A stretch of DNA of 63,945 bases, counting the filler, from Dicyema japonicum (Eukaryota > Animalia > Dicyemida): the NCBI GenBank assembly GCA_011109175.1. It is 6 parts of 6 records of this genome, joined end to end, with 100 filler letters (N's around TTAATTAATTAA, not from the genome) between each part and the next. Parts side by side here need not be neighbours in the genome. Positions count along the whole stretch, not along the records: positions 1 to 13,477 come from RDEW01000126.1; positions 13,578 to 31,005 come from RDEW01000196.1; 4 more parts are not named here. One strand, written 5' to 3'. The notes beneath the pieces are model-generated. The model did not search any database. It was not told the origin of the DNA and saw only the letters and a program-made list of their open reading frames with translations. Position numbers and translations under genes: made by a program. Numbering within the stretch: the stretch's first letter is position 1; every line of letters starts with the position of its first letter. Below are positions 12,373-22,990 of the stretch, one piece after another.

Positions 12373-13361
12373 TTATGAGTCTTGTTTATTATTGCTTACT
12401 TTTTTCTTTCTAAACCGTTTAGTTTTATATGGAATATTTTTTTTCGAAGCTTGTTTCTTTTTATTTCTTCGATTATTATTGCTTACTCTTTTCTTTCTAA
12501 ACCGTTTAGTTTTAGATTGAATCTTTTTTTTCAAACCTTGTTTCTTTTTAATTGTTCGATGTTCTCTAAACTTGCGCATCAATTCAAGGTATCCAGGCGT
12601 CTGTAAAAAATTGAGATGCTATACTTCATCTGACGAAGGATGTTCAAAATTAGGTTCACTTTCAGTATTAACATAGCCATCACTGAGGGGAGACAATTCT
12701 GAACAAGTAGATTCGTCAGTGTCAGAGGTAGTAGAATTATCAAAATCCGGATTGAATTTCCAATAAACAAAACCAAAATCGTACAATTCATCTAAAATGT
12801 ATGAAAATTACAAACAATCGTTGCGTATCTTCCCTTCTCTGTCCCTGTGATTAACAGCAATGAGTTGTGGAAGTACTTCAAATATAGATTGGCGGTAGTT
12901 CATTCATTCCGTAGGGAAAGAAGTATGTCTTACTTTCACGATTGCAAGATGTTTAATCGGAGCCTAAAAATATAATCAGTCGTATATAAGTTTAGAAAGT
13001 TCATCCAATGAGATCGGACACTTGTAAATATTCATTTTAACCAAGGACGGACACTTTTTTGCAATTACTTCGAGTCCTCCAGTAATATTCATCGACGGAA
13101 ATGAAATCTACGAATTACTAGAAAAGCAAACATCAGCCAATATACTAAGATATGGAAAATGCGTTATTTTTTTACCACCAATGTCACAATTTTCCAATTC
13201 AAATGAAACCAATTTTTGAAATTTGTATTTTTGTAACGTCTTTAAGCAAACTTTATTATTCGCGTATTCAAAAGTCCCCATCTATTCGAATAAAATCATA
13301 TAAATACATATTTTAAATCATCTTCATCCAAATCCAATGATCGTAAACGCCAAATTCCCAT
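12373..13361 (-). CDS. ANP32: ANP32-family LRR/LRRcap protein; gene model needs an AT-AG intron and contains one in-frame TGA
   Basis: ITHFPYLSILAD|ISFPSMNITGGLEVIAKKCPSL and YRQSIFEVLPQLIAVNHRDREG align with ANP32 GGLEVLAEKCPNL and YRENVFKLLPQLTYLDGYD. Five introns (26, 24, 24, 24, 24 nt). Confidence 0.8.
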
Positions 13362-13477
13362 ACAACAACACGACTAAATGTAACGGAAATAAAATACTTT
13401 ATTAGAAAATATAAACTTTATTAAATATATAAATAAAATAAATTATTTATAAAATATTATAAATTGTTTAAAAGTGT

Positions 13478-13577
13478 NNNNNNNNNNNNNNNNNNNNNNN
13501 NNNNNNNNNNNNNNNNNNNNNTTAATTAATTAANNNNNNNNNNNNNNNNNNNNNNNNNNNNNNNNNNNNNNNNNNNN
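13478..13577. other. Artificial scaffolding linker N-TTAATTAATTAA-N (also at about 31006, 43112, 58223 and 61332)
   Basis: Identical ~100-nt structure occurs five times. The palindromic core has stops in all six frames. Confidence 0.95.
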
Positions 13578-13646
13578 ATTAATATGAGGTAAAAAATGGC
13601 GACAAAATTTTATTGCTTTTTATATCCTTTACATCGATTCAACCAA

Positions 13647-13987
13647 AAATGAATTTTTGGTTCTCTCAAATATTTGTTTCAATAATGTTTCACATGACAA
13701 TTCTATTAATTTTTATTTTTCGAAAATTATCAATACAAATTCATTATCTTTTTCATCAATAAATGAAGTCTGTATCCATACGAACGTTTACAGTACAGAT
13801 CTTTAAAATAATGAGCAAAATGCTTCAACAAACCATCCAAATGTTTAGCAAATATGTTTTTGTTTGCTTGAATATTGAATACGGAAAAAAAGTATTGAAC
13901 ATTGGGAACATGTCATAGATATTTATCTATATATTGTCATGTGAAACATTATTGAAACAAAAATTTGAGAGAACCAAAAATTCATTT
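13647..13987. repeat. 52-nt inverted repeat pair
   Basis: 13936-13987 is the reverse complement of 13647-13698 with 1 mismatch. Confidence 0.9.
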
Positions 13988-14229
13988 AGATTTCCATAAC
14001 TCCAATTTTTTAATGAATGTTTTTTTACATTGTCTTTTTGAGTGAATGAATGCAGTTGTGTTTTCATAAAGTGAGATTTGCATAAGAATCGCCAAACATT
14101 GCTTTAACCATATCAATAACTACTGGCAAAACNAAAGTATTGAACATTGGGAACATGTCATAGATATTTATCTATATATTAGATTTCCATAACTCCAATT
14201 TTTTAATGAATGTTTTTTTACATTGTCTT

Positions 14230-14545
14230 TTTGAGTAAATGAATGCAGTTGTGTTTTCATAAAGTGAGATTTGCATAAGAATCGCCAAACATTGCTTCAA
14301 CCATATCAATAGCTACTGGCAAAACTAGAGTTTCTCCGATATTGTGCGGTTTTTTACATTTTGCAATTCTGTAATAAACTTTGTACTTAGCTAGTAAAGC
14401 ATTTGATGAGACAGAAACAAGTTTTTTAAACTTTTTCGTTTGTTTATCAAACTTTTCTAATTTTCTTTTAAAAAATTCTTTAGACTGTGGACATATTGAG
14501 AATGAATCGTTTCAAAATGTCTTCTTAATTTGCATGGCCTCATAN
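14230..14545 (-). mobile_element. hAT (Buster/ZBED5-like) transposase N-terminal fragment
   Basis: MRPCKLRRHFETIHS..EFFKEKL..ALLAS..RIAKCKKPHNIGETLVLPA..DMVEAMFG. Confidence 0.85.
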
Positions 14546-14904
14546 AAATGTTCAATTTAAACAAAAAAAACTTATCGGCAATTCTTTGACATGATAATAA
14601 GTTGTTGTCATCCTTATAACGCAATATTTGCACTTTTTGTCGATAGTGAGTCTTGTATATCGACGACTAGAATCACAACGAGGTAGGTTGTAAAATATAG
14701 TTTTATTGTTTCAATTTTCAGTAATTTTTTTTAAAGACTTTAAAAAATAGTGGAAAATTTCCACTAAAATTATAAAATTTCTTAAAAAATTGGCAAATCT
14801 GAGAATTGGCAAATTTAAGAGAGTTTACTGTATATTTTTTACCATTCTAAAATTCTCAGCCTCTGACAAAACAAACCAAATAAATTTAAAGTTATTTAAT
14901 TCAA

Positions 14905-15262
14905 AAGATCCCACAATTGGAGGATCATTCAAGGAAACATACAATTCATTACGTCAAGCACTACCCGCTTTAAAACACTTGGGATTGGACATCAAAATTA
15001 ACAAATCAGAGCTAATTAATGTTTCATACTCAAACACCGACTTCCTCTCTATCAATGAGTCTTTTAATGAACTGCCTCCTGGGATCCCGACTGTGCCAGT
15101 TAATAAATTATATTTCCTCGGATGTCCACTCAGCGAAGATGAACTCAAGAACCATCTACTTTCCAAAAATGAAGAATTAACACGCCTCGCGAGAAAATTG
15201 TCACGTCTCGACTCTCACAGATCCTTCTTCCTGATGAGAAACAACACCGGACTACCTAAGCN
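14905..15262 (+). mobile_element. CRE-like non-LTR RT C-terminal fragment
   Basis: DPTIGG..LGLDIKINKSEL..FLGCPL..KLSRLDSHRSFFLMRNNTGLPK. Confidence 0.7.
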
Positions 15263-15375
15263 CTTAATATAATGAAAATATTATATTTGATAGATATTTA
15301 ATAAAATAATAAAGACATTTATTTTTGAAGAAGCCGAATAGTAGGGTTAGTAGATTAACGAATCGAGAAATTAAT

Positions 15376-16220
15376 TCAAAGCTGTTTCTCACAATCAATG
15401 AGCAAGCACAAGTCTTGCCCATTTTTTAGTTTATCTCGAGAAAATGTAGGAAAATAATCATGAGTTTCAAATGTAGTTAAATCGTACTATCAGATATTTC
15501 TTAAAAATAAATTTACTTTATAATTTTTAAGTTTCAATAAAGCATTCGGATTGATATTTTCTAGCACAAATAGAACATAATGTGAGAAGTCTGGCGTGAA
15601 CAATAATTTATAACAACTTGTCGGGACCCAGACACCAGAACCAATTTCCTAAAATATGATCAAATAATATTTAATCACTTGAATTGGTTTCTGGTGATCA
15701 AAAAGTGACCCAGTAATTACATACAGTTTTGGACCATTATCTAGTACATAGTCTCTAATAATTTTTTCTAATACTCTCCATCGTATCCTATTAAATCTTG
15801 GGATCTGAGGCATCATATTTGAATAATAGAAGGTATCACACATAGTTTGCTAATTAGAAATCAGGCATTTTTAATTAACTTGATCAAATTTAAAATCAGC
15901 ACCAGGGGCTGCATGCCCTCTGTCATATCCTGAATGAGCATAGTCTGCGTCTTTCGATTGAAATTGGGTTGAAATTTTATCATCCACTTTAAAATTGCAT
16001 TTCGATCGGTGGACAGGACCTCAAAATAATTTTATTATTTTAAACCGATAGCATGTTTTTTTGTTAATTTATAATCCGTCCATATCGGCAATTGTGCAAA
16101 ATCGCTCTATCAGATAGAAAAATAATCCTTATCTAATTGCGTAATTTGGTAGTCAAAAGTTGGAGAGGGATTTGGACACAAAAGCAAGCTTGCGAAAAAA
16201 GAATAAAGGGCAAATAACAT
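15376..16220 (-). pseudogene. Secreted DNA/RNA non-specific endonuclease (NucA/EndoG, DRGH) with two in-frame stops in exon 1
   Basis: Signal-like MLFALYSFFASLLLC; YFSI**SDFAQLPIWTDY; GYDRGHAAPGAD; TFYYSNMMPQIPRFNRIRW; LYVITG; VWVPTSCYKL. Introns 26, 30, 30, 30 nt. Confidence 0.85.
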
Positions 16221-16310
16221 TTTAAACTAAATAACTTAAAATTTCTTTGGTTTTAATTCAGTGATGTTACCCAATTTGAATTATTAATTATATTAAACTA
16301 AATAATTAAN

Positions 16311-16430
16311 GTATCCGATAGAAAAATAATTTTTATTTAATCTCTCAATTGTATAGTCATAATTTGGAGAGGAAAGGGATAAAAAATAATCTCAACAAAG
16401 ACATAAATGGCTAAAAGAATTTTGAACTAA
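16311..16430 (-). pseudogene. 5' fragment of a diverged paralog of the nuclease
   Basis: PNYDYTIERLNKNYFSIGY aligns with PTFDYQITQLDKDYFSI**. ATG is changed to ATT and there is an indel in the signal region. Confidence 0.7.
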
Positions 16431-17069
16431 ATAACTAAATAACTTTGAATTTATTTGGTTTAAATTCAGTAAGGTTATCCAATTCAAATTATTTATGATA
16501 TTATACTAATTAATTAAATGTTCAAATACAAGTAAAATTCACGAATAAAACTAAATTTAACATTACTTTATCATTATGTTTATAAACAAATTTTAAAAGA
16601 AGTTATCGACGAATTAGCTTATAAAAGTTTTAAAAATGCAAAAATACATTTAAAAATCGAAAAAAACCTCAAAAAACGAATTATATAAATCATTTATGAT
16701 GATTTTTTTAATTTAGAAATTAGAAAATATTTCAAATATTCTAAAATTTTTAAAAATTCATTTTTTATAAAAAAATTATTTATGAATTCTTTAATTCATT
16801 TTTTAGAGATAATTCTCTTGTTGGAGGATCCATCTCCTTTAAATAATGGATATAATTTGTTTACAAAATAAAGTTTGTTTAACTATGTGATTTGATTCTT
16901 GACTAATTAAGTGTTAGTTTCCCTATTAAAATATATTGTGGCATATTCTTTTAAAATATAAAAATTTCTATCAGGATTTTGCTCTCCTCGTTTTTCATGA
17001 AGTAATCTGTTTTAACTAACGATCTATGCATGTGACGTCCATCTTCATAATAACCTTAAAATAGACCAC

Positions 17070-17240
17070 AATATCTGGTTTGAGTCTTATAAACCTTTTC
17101 AATTCGATGGGTTCGCAACTTTCTGAAACGCCTCAATCCGTACTTACGCACTAAGAAGATTAAGGCGATGTGCTATACCTCACCACGAATGCCTTACCTC
17201 ACCAGCTCGTTATGCCTCCATGTGTATGCGTGATAAAGTA
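17070..17240 (-). mobile_element. R4/Dong-like RLE element fragment
   Basis: YTWRHNELVR..HIALIFLVRKYGLRRFRKLRTH. Confidence 0.65.
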
Positions 17241-17480
17241 TTCGTGGCTAAATGGTAACGTCCATAACCTTACATTAACAGTGGTTATAGTTTCCGTTAA
17301 CCATTATGAAGTTTTCTGATCCGGGTGAGTTATTACTCTATTTTATAAATCTTTTTTAATTATGCGGAATTTGTCAGACAATTTTTGATAAGAATCGATT
17401 TAAAAGTAATTAGAATAATATTTTCATAACTCAAGGAACCTCTCAAATTATTAAATTGTATTTTAACTGTGGATAGTTAG

Positions 17481-17600
17481 CTAGTTATTAACCCCGACTT
17501 CACTAGGAAGCCAACTGCTAATAGAAAACGAGCAGCTATTACTGACGTTCCTAAAGATTTCGAGTGCTGATGTCAAAAAAGAATGAATATGAGCCTTGGC
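17481..17600 (-). mobile_element. Possible non-LTR RNase H fragment
   Basis: WLPSEVGVNN resembles the WIPSHVGIxGN RNase H motif. Confidence 0.35.
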
Positions 17601-18089
17601 AGAAAAAAAGGTGGTGGGCATCATGTTTGAGAAAGCCACAGTTTGAGCAGTTTTTAGTACCATTTTGGCCATGTTTGCAAGATTAACACCAGATAATAAT
17701 CACTGCATATTTGCACGAAGTTTACACGCAATTTCTGAGAAGAGAAACGTTCAACATGCAGACATCTAAAGGGTAACTATAAACCATCTCTGGATGGTCT
17801 GGAANNNNNNNNNNNNNNNNNNNNNNNNNNNNNNNNNNNNNNNNNNNNNNNNNNNNNNNNNNNNNNNNNNNNNNNNNNNNNNNNNNNNNNNNNNNNNNNN
17901 NNNNNTTCTCTTACTCTTAAAAAATAATTGTGTGGCTTGCACGAGCGAAACCCTAGGCACTTAGGTGCTTATGGCAACGCGGAAGTGCCGTTTACGTTAC
18001 GTTTTATATGATGCTTCTAATCTCGGTTTATATTGGGATTTAGCTTTGGCTGTGAATCAAATTTCGTTGTTTTGACTTTAGAATATTCA

Positions 18090-18520
18090 TGTTAGCAACA
18101 ATTTACTGAGTGTACAGACTCTTTGTGGCGCCTAAGTTGGAAAGGTTTCAGTGAATTTTTCCCCAAAATTATACGGCAAATCATGCATTTTGCCTTCATT
18201 TCATTATTTGAGGTAACAAATTTAGTGAATCCAAATTTTACGTAAGAATCCGACTAATGATGACGATTTTTGTTAACCATAAGTAGAATGAAAAACCACG
18301 CTAATAAAATCAGGTTAATTTCAATTTTTTGGTTTATACTTAATTACACAATTAGTTTTAACNTTACTGGGTGTACAGACTCTTTGTGGCGCCTAATTTG
18401 GGAAGGTTTTAGTAAATTGTTTCCCAAAATTATACGGCAAATCATGCATTTTGCCTTCATTTCATTATTTGAGGTAACAAATTTAGTGAATCCAAATTTT
18501 ACGTAAGAATCCGACTAAAG
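18090..18520 (-). mobile_element. hAT (Buster-like) transposase N-terminus, duplicated across the n at 18362
   Basis: DSYVKFGFT..KCMICRIILGKNSLKPFQLRRHKESVH. Confidence 0.8.
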
Positions 18521-18675
18521 ATGACGATTTTTGTTAACCATAAGTAGAATGATAAACTACGCTAATAAAATCAGGTTAATTTCAATTTTTTGGTTTATAC
18601 TTAATTACACAATTAGTTTTAACTTTAATATATTTTTATTTTTTCAAAATTCCTGGGGACCACTAAAAATTTTCN

Positions 18676-18741
18676 ATGTCGGCACTTTACTACCAAGGAC
18701 CACTATCTATTGCAATCGATGCCAGTCTAAAGACATTTGGG
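18676..18741 (+). pseudogene. Papain-family (cathepsin L-like) protease fragment interrupted by a hAT end
   Basis: SALYYQGPLSIAIDASLKTF matches the C1A GP(I/V)S(V/I)AIDA motif. It is followed at 18742 by CAGGGGTGGCCAACC. Confidence 0.6.
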
Positions 18742-18815
18742 CAGGGGTGGCCAACCTTTTTCTCAGGCGAGCTACTTTTCATATTGCGATTTTTTGGCGA
18801 TCGACTTAAATATTT

Positions 18816-19866
18816 TGTGACCGTCCAGAGAATGGACACGCCGAAGAATGGACACTGGGCTTTAAACACAAAATAAAAAGCCAATTTTATAAAAAACGGA
18901 CTGAAAAAACATTTTTTATATTAATTAAAATATTAAAAGTTAATATTTTTAATTATTTTTTTTAAGCGTGCAAAATGGTTTTTGTTAAACTGAAAGTTTC
19001 GGATTTAAAAATAATCAAGGAAATTCAGGACAGCCACAAAATTAATGACCCGGAACGAAATATAGANTTAATGGGATTTTTGGCATTGTAATTCTCTTGC
19101 GATTATTTCAAATTCTGGCTCGTATGAGCTTATTGATATTCTCAAGCAATCCCCATGATGGTAATCCGTTAAACATCCTCGAATTCTCTCTAAACCTCGG
19201 ACAAATTCCGATGATTTAGAATAAATCCTGCATTGTTCCCATTCTAAAACCAAACGGAGATTCTAAAAACCCAGCATTATATCGACCAATCTCGCTTCTA
19301 TCAGTTGTTTCAAAAATCATTGAAAGAGTTATATTGAAAATGATCTTCTCCCATTTGAAAAATTACAGCATGGTTTTTCACCACACTATTCCACCACAAC
19401 ACATCTAACAACCTTAACTCAATTTATCGCAGACGGGTTTAACAATTTTAAACCTCCTCAAAGAACTATACTTGTGTCGNTAAATAGGTTTTCAACAATT
19501 AGGGTTAGGTTAGGGTTTTTTTTAGAAATTGGTTCTGATCATTTTCCTAATTGCAGTTGAGATACACATATTTCTATTTTTTAATAAAAAATAAAATTGA
19601 TTTTATTACAATTAAAAATTATTATTTTAAAATGGAAAACCTCAGAATATAATAAACATATGATTGTTAATCAATAATTTTCAAAAAAAACGGTGTGCTT
19701 CGTTTTGTCGTCTATCTGATTTTTACAAAAGTCACAAAAACCACTCAAAATCACTCAAAATGCGACTTAGGATAAATTAGGGTATGTTTTATATGGAAAA
19801 ATTTTAAATAAATGACATTTTTGAAAGTGTCCATTCTCCGGCGTGTCCATTCTCTGGACGGTGACA
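18816..19866. mobile_element. TIR element with TGT...ACA termini (about 40-bp TIRs)
   Basis: TGTGACCGTCCAGAGAATGGACACGCCG at 18816 and its near-perfect reverse complement ending GGACGGTGACA at 19866. Flanks ATTT/ATAT. Interior is chimeric (n at 19067 and 19480). Confidence 0.7.
19230..19479 (+). mobile_element. Non-LTR RT fragment (jockey/I group)
   Basis: YRPISLLSVVSKIIERVI..HGF..STTTHL..GFNNFKPPQRTILVS. Confidence 0.8.
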
Positions 19867-20150
19867 ATATATACTTTCGTTAAAAATAGTTAGTTATTTA
19901 CCAATTGATTCAATTTTAAATTTAATATTGTTCAGCCAATGTAGGTGGTATTCAGAAAAAATCTTTAAATAATTTTTTCTTATAGAAAAATGGCGTAGAT
20001 TGCNTGTCACCGGTTTTTGCCTGGACCCGGCATCTGCTGGGACCGCAAGCGTATTTTCAAATAAAAAATATAGAAAATATTTTATTAACAGTCATAAATA
20101 CATATTTGTTAATTAATTTTAAAAATAATCTTAGTTTTATAAAATTAAAT

Positions 20151-20451
20151 TGTCACGTGAAAAATGGGTCTACTGGTTCTGAGTAGAGATACTTTATCAA
20201 AAATCAAAAAATATAAAGAATCCCGAAATTTCGATGAACTTTTGGATAAGAAGGAGAGATATAAAATCAAACAGCATTCAGAAACCTTTTCTTTTGTTGA
20301 TAAAAAAGTTTATATTCGAAGAAATTGCCTAAAACTCAGATTTTTTTGTATTGAAGACGCAGAACTAAAATTACTAATGATTGAGCTACTGGTTGTATCA
20401 TTTAAAAATAGTCCGAGCATAATTCAAATCATTTCGGAAGAGATCGAATGA
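20151..20451 (+). mobile_element. Possible Ginger/integrase-associated ORF fragment
   Basis: Starts with TGTCACG. The 95-aa ORF loosely resembles the region preceding integrase H2C2 domains. Confidence 0.25.
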
Positions 20452-21459
20452 TTAGTCATCTGAAGACAAGATTTTCAGAACTGTAATTTAGATACTTGTA
20501 CTTATTGATTCATTCTCCAAATTTGGTGTTGTTGAGCTAGCTAAAAACAAATCTGCTGTTGAAATTTCTTCTTTATTAAAAAATATTTTCTACANNNNNN
20601 NNNNNNNNNNNNNNNNNNNNNNNNNNNNNNNNNNNNNNNNNNNNNNNNNNNNNNNNNNNNNNNNNNNNNNNNNNNNNNNNNNNNNNNNNNNNNNNNNNNN
20701 NNNNNNNNNNNNNNNNNNNNNNNNNNNNNNNNNNNNNNNNNNNNNNNNNNNNNNNNNNNNNNNNNNNNNNNNNNNNNNNNNNNNNNNNNNNNNNNNNNNN
20801 NNNNNNNNNNNNNNNNNNNNNNNNNNNNNNNNNNNNNNNNNNNNNNNNNNNNNNNNNNNNNNNNNNNNNNNNNNNNNNNNNNNNNNNNNNNNNNNNNNNN
20901 NNNNNNNNNNNNNNNNNNNNNNNNNNNNNNNNNNNNNNNNNNNNNNNNNNNNNNNNNNNNNNNNNNNNNNNNNNNNNNNNNNNNNNNNNNNNNNNNNNNN
21001 NNNNNNNNNNNNNNNNNNNNNNNNNNNNNNNNNNNNNNNNNNNNNNNNNNNNNNNNNNNNNNNNNNNNNNNNNNNNNNNNNNNNNNNNNNNNNNNNNNNN
21101 NNNNNNNNNNNNNNNNNNNNNNNNNNNNNNNNNNNNNNNNNNNNNNNNNNNNNNNNNNNNNNNNNNNNNNNNNNNNNNNNNNNNNNNNNNNNNNNNNNNN
21201 NNNNNNNNNNNNNNNNNNNNNNNNNNNNNNNNNNNNNNNNNNNNNNNNNNNNNNNNNNNNNNNNNNNNNNNNNNNNNNNNNNNNNNNNNNNNNNNNNNNN
21301 NNNNNNNNNNNNNNNNNNNNNNNNNNNNNNNNNNNNNNNNNNNNNNNNNNNNNNNNNNNNNNNNNNNNNNNNNNNNNNNNNNNNNNNNNNNNNNNNNNNN
21401 NNNNNNNCCTGTTCGATATCCAACCTTAATAATATAACCAAGACGGATAACTACAATTT

Positions 21460-22509
21460 TTATTTTTTAATAAAAAAATCAGTTAATTTTAATCGAGTTT
21501 TTTGTTTTTTTCGCATCGAACTCATAATATTTGCTTTGAATCTGAATAGATCAAGTACATTTTCCGGAGTCTCTTGCTTAATAACATTTAACAGCATTGT
21601 GAATGCGCATTCCGCATTGTTTATAACTTGTTGATCATCCAAATGTTCCAGAAATTTTTCGCTGCAGTCCTCTTCATCACTATTGTTATTATCTCAGAAA
21701 CTCTCAAAAATCGCATTTTCCACAATATCCGAATCAATCAGACTTTCTCCGATGTCCTCTTTTTCCCGACAGTCATATTCCAAAGCTTTTTCAAATCAAT
21801 GTTGTATTGAAGTGTCTGTAATCTAGTCCCATGACAATTTCGATCATGAAATATCATCCAATATTGTGATTCCCTTTATTGCTTCATCTATTTGTGCTGC
21901 AAGATTTTTATCATAGATAATCGTTTTCATCATCCAGTTATTGAAATGATTCTTAAATGCCTTTATTATCCCTTGGTCACATGGCTAAATTAAGGAACTT
22001 GTATTTTTTGACTCATTTCTTTCAACAAAACTCTTTTTGGAAACAGCTTTATAAAATAATGCAGTTTCATCACAGTTGAAAATGTTTTCTCCGCCATAGT
22101 TTTCCGCACCTCCTTTATCAGCTGATCGTGATTCGTCATTTAATATTCTGAATTTTATTTCGAATTGTTTCTTGAATCTATAAAGCCATCAATTAGAAGC
22201 AGTGAAATCATGATTTAAATTTTTATACGCAATTTTACGTGCAATAATCTTTAAGGTTGGCCCATTGATTGCGAAACCTTTCGATCTGAGATTACGAAAA
22301 ATCTCGTAAACTTTGGCATTCAATTCGTATCCAATTGTCCCTTCGGATGTTGAGAAGCCCTGAGCTAGGATTCCTTCCCTTTTCTTTTTTAGTCGGTATA
22401 GCATTTCTTTAAAGATGTTAAATCTTTCACAAATCATTTTATCCCTATGACCCGACTGTATATACTTGCAAATTCTGATCTTTTCACTTTGATTTAGTTT
22501 TCTAGGCAT
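21460..22509 (-). mobile_element. Degenerate, internally deleted Tigger transposase
   Basis: HTH MPRKLNQSEKIRIC, FTASN*WLYRFKK, IFNCDETALFY, PCDQGIIKAFK and KLTDFF. Confidence 0.85.
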
Positions 22510-22856
22510 TGGCTTTCTAAAATTTATAAAATACAGTCAAACCTCTAAATCTCGCCAATTTTTGGGACCAACCAAATCGTGGCGAGATTTAGAATTTGGC
22601 GAGCAATAGAGGTTTTGCACTTCCGGTTTTACCAAAAATTGAAAATTATATACGTTATGATTAAAAAATTTAAAATTGTAAAAAAGTTAAGAAATTCTCA
22701 AATTGTTTAAACAAATTAATGAAAATAATCATCAATAGTTTTTTTCTTTATAGTTAAGTTTCTGATCATGTTGTTAATTGATTTAAGTGAATTTATATCA
22801 AAATTTTCATTTGAAAAATATTTGATTTAAGATAAAGAACTGATAATTAAGAAAAA

Positions 22857-22990
22857 TAGGAAGGGAAGAGGTCACGCAGCCCCAGCGGATAGAATCGCTT
22901 GGCTGTTCCCTCGGAGGACCGCCAACGAGAGACGCTGAAACAGCCATTGGGTCTCGCGAGGGTCCTTCGTGCACGCAGAAATCAGCGATC
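22857..22990 (-). mobile_element. CRE-like element 3' end
   Basis: Clean frame DPRETQWLFQRLSLAVLRGNSQAILSAGAA*. Confidence 0.8.

Noticed and set aside
13522-13533. TTAATTAATTAA palindrome recurring five times
   Set aside because: Always embedded in symmetric N runs totalling about 100 nt, so it is an artificial linker rather than a biological motif.
12904-16112. Genome-wide stop-codon reassignment
   Set aside because: Gelsolin, chitinase, DRAM, RER1 and ARL2 have no exonic stops and end at TAA or TGA where expected. In-frame stops are confined to two genes and to transposons.
19498-19517. Telomere-like TTAGGGTTAGGTTAGGG
   Set aside because: Only about three units, internal and next to an n junction. 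Such short tracts are common in non-autonomous elements.
20590-21441. Long X-rich ORFs (also 32430-33129 and 40564-41087)
   Set aside because: These are translations of N gaps.
22857-22990. GC-rich structured island resembling an ncRNA or HDV-like ribozyme
   Set aside because: The minus strand translates cleanly as a CRE-like C-terminus, and no complete ribozyme core is present.
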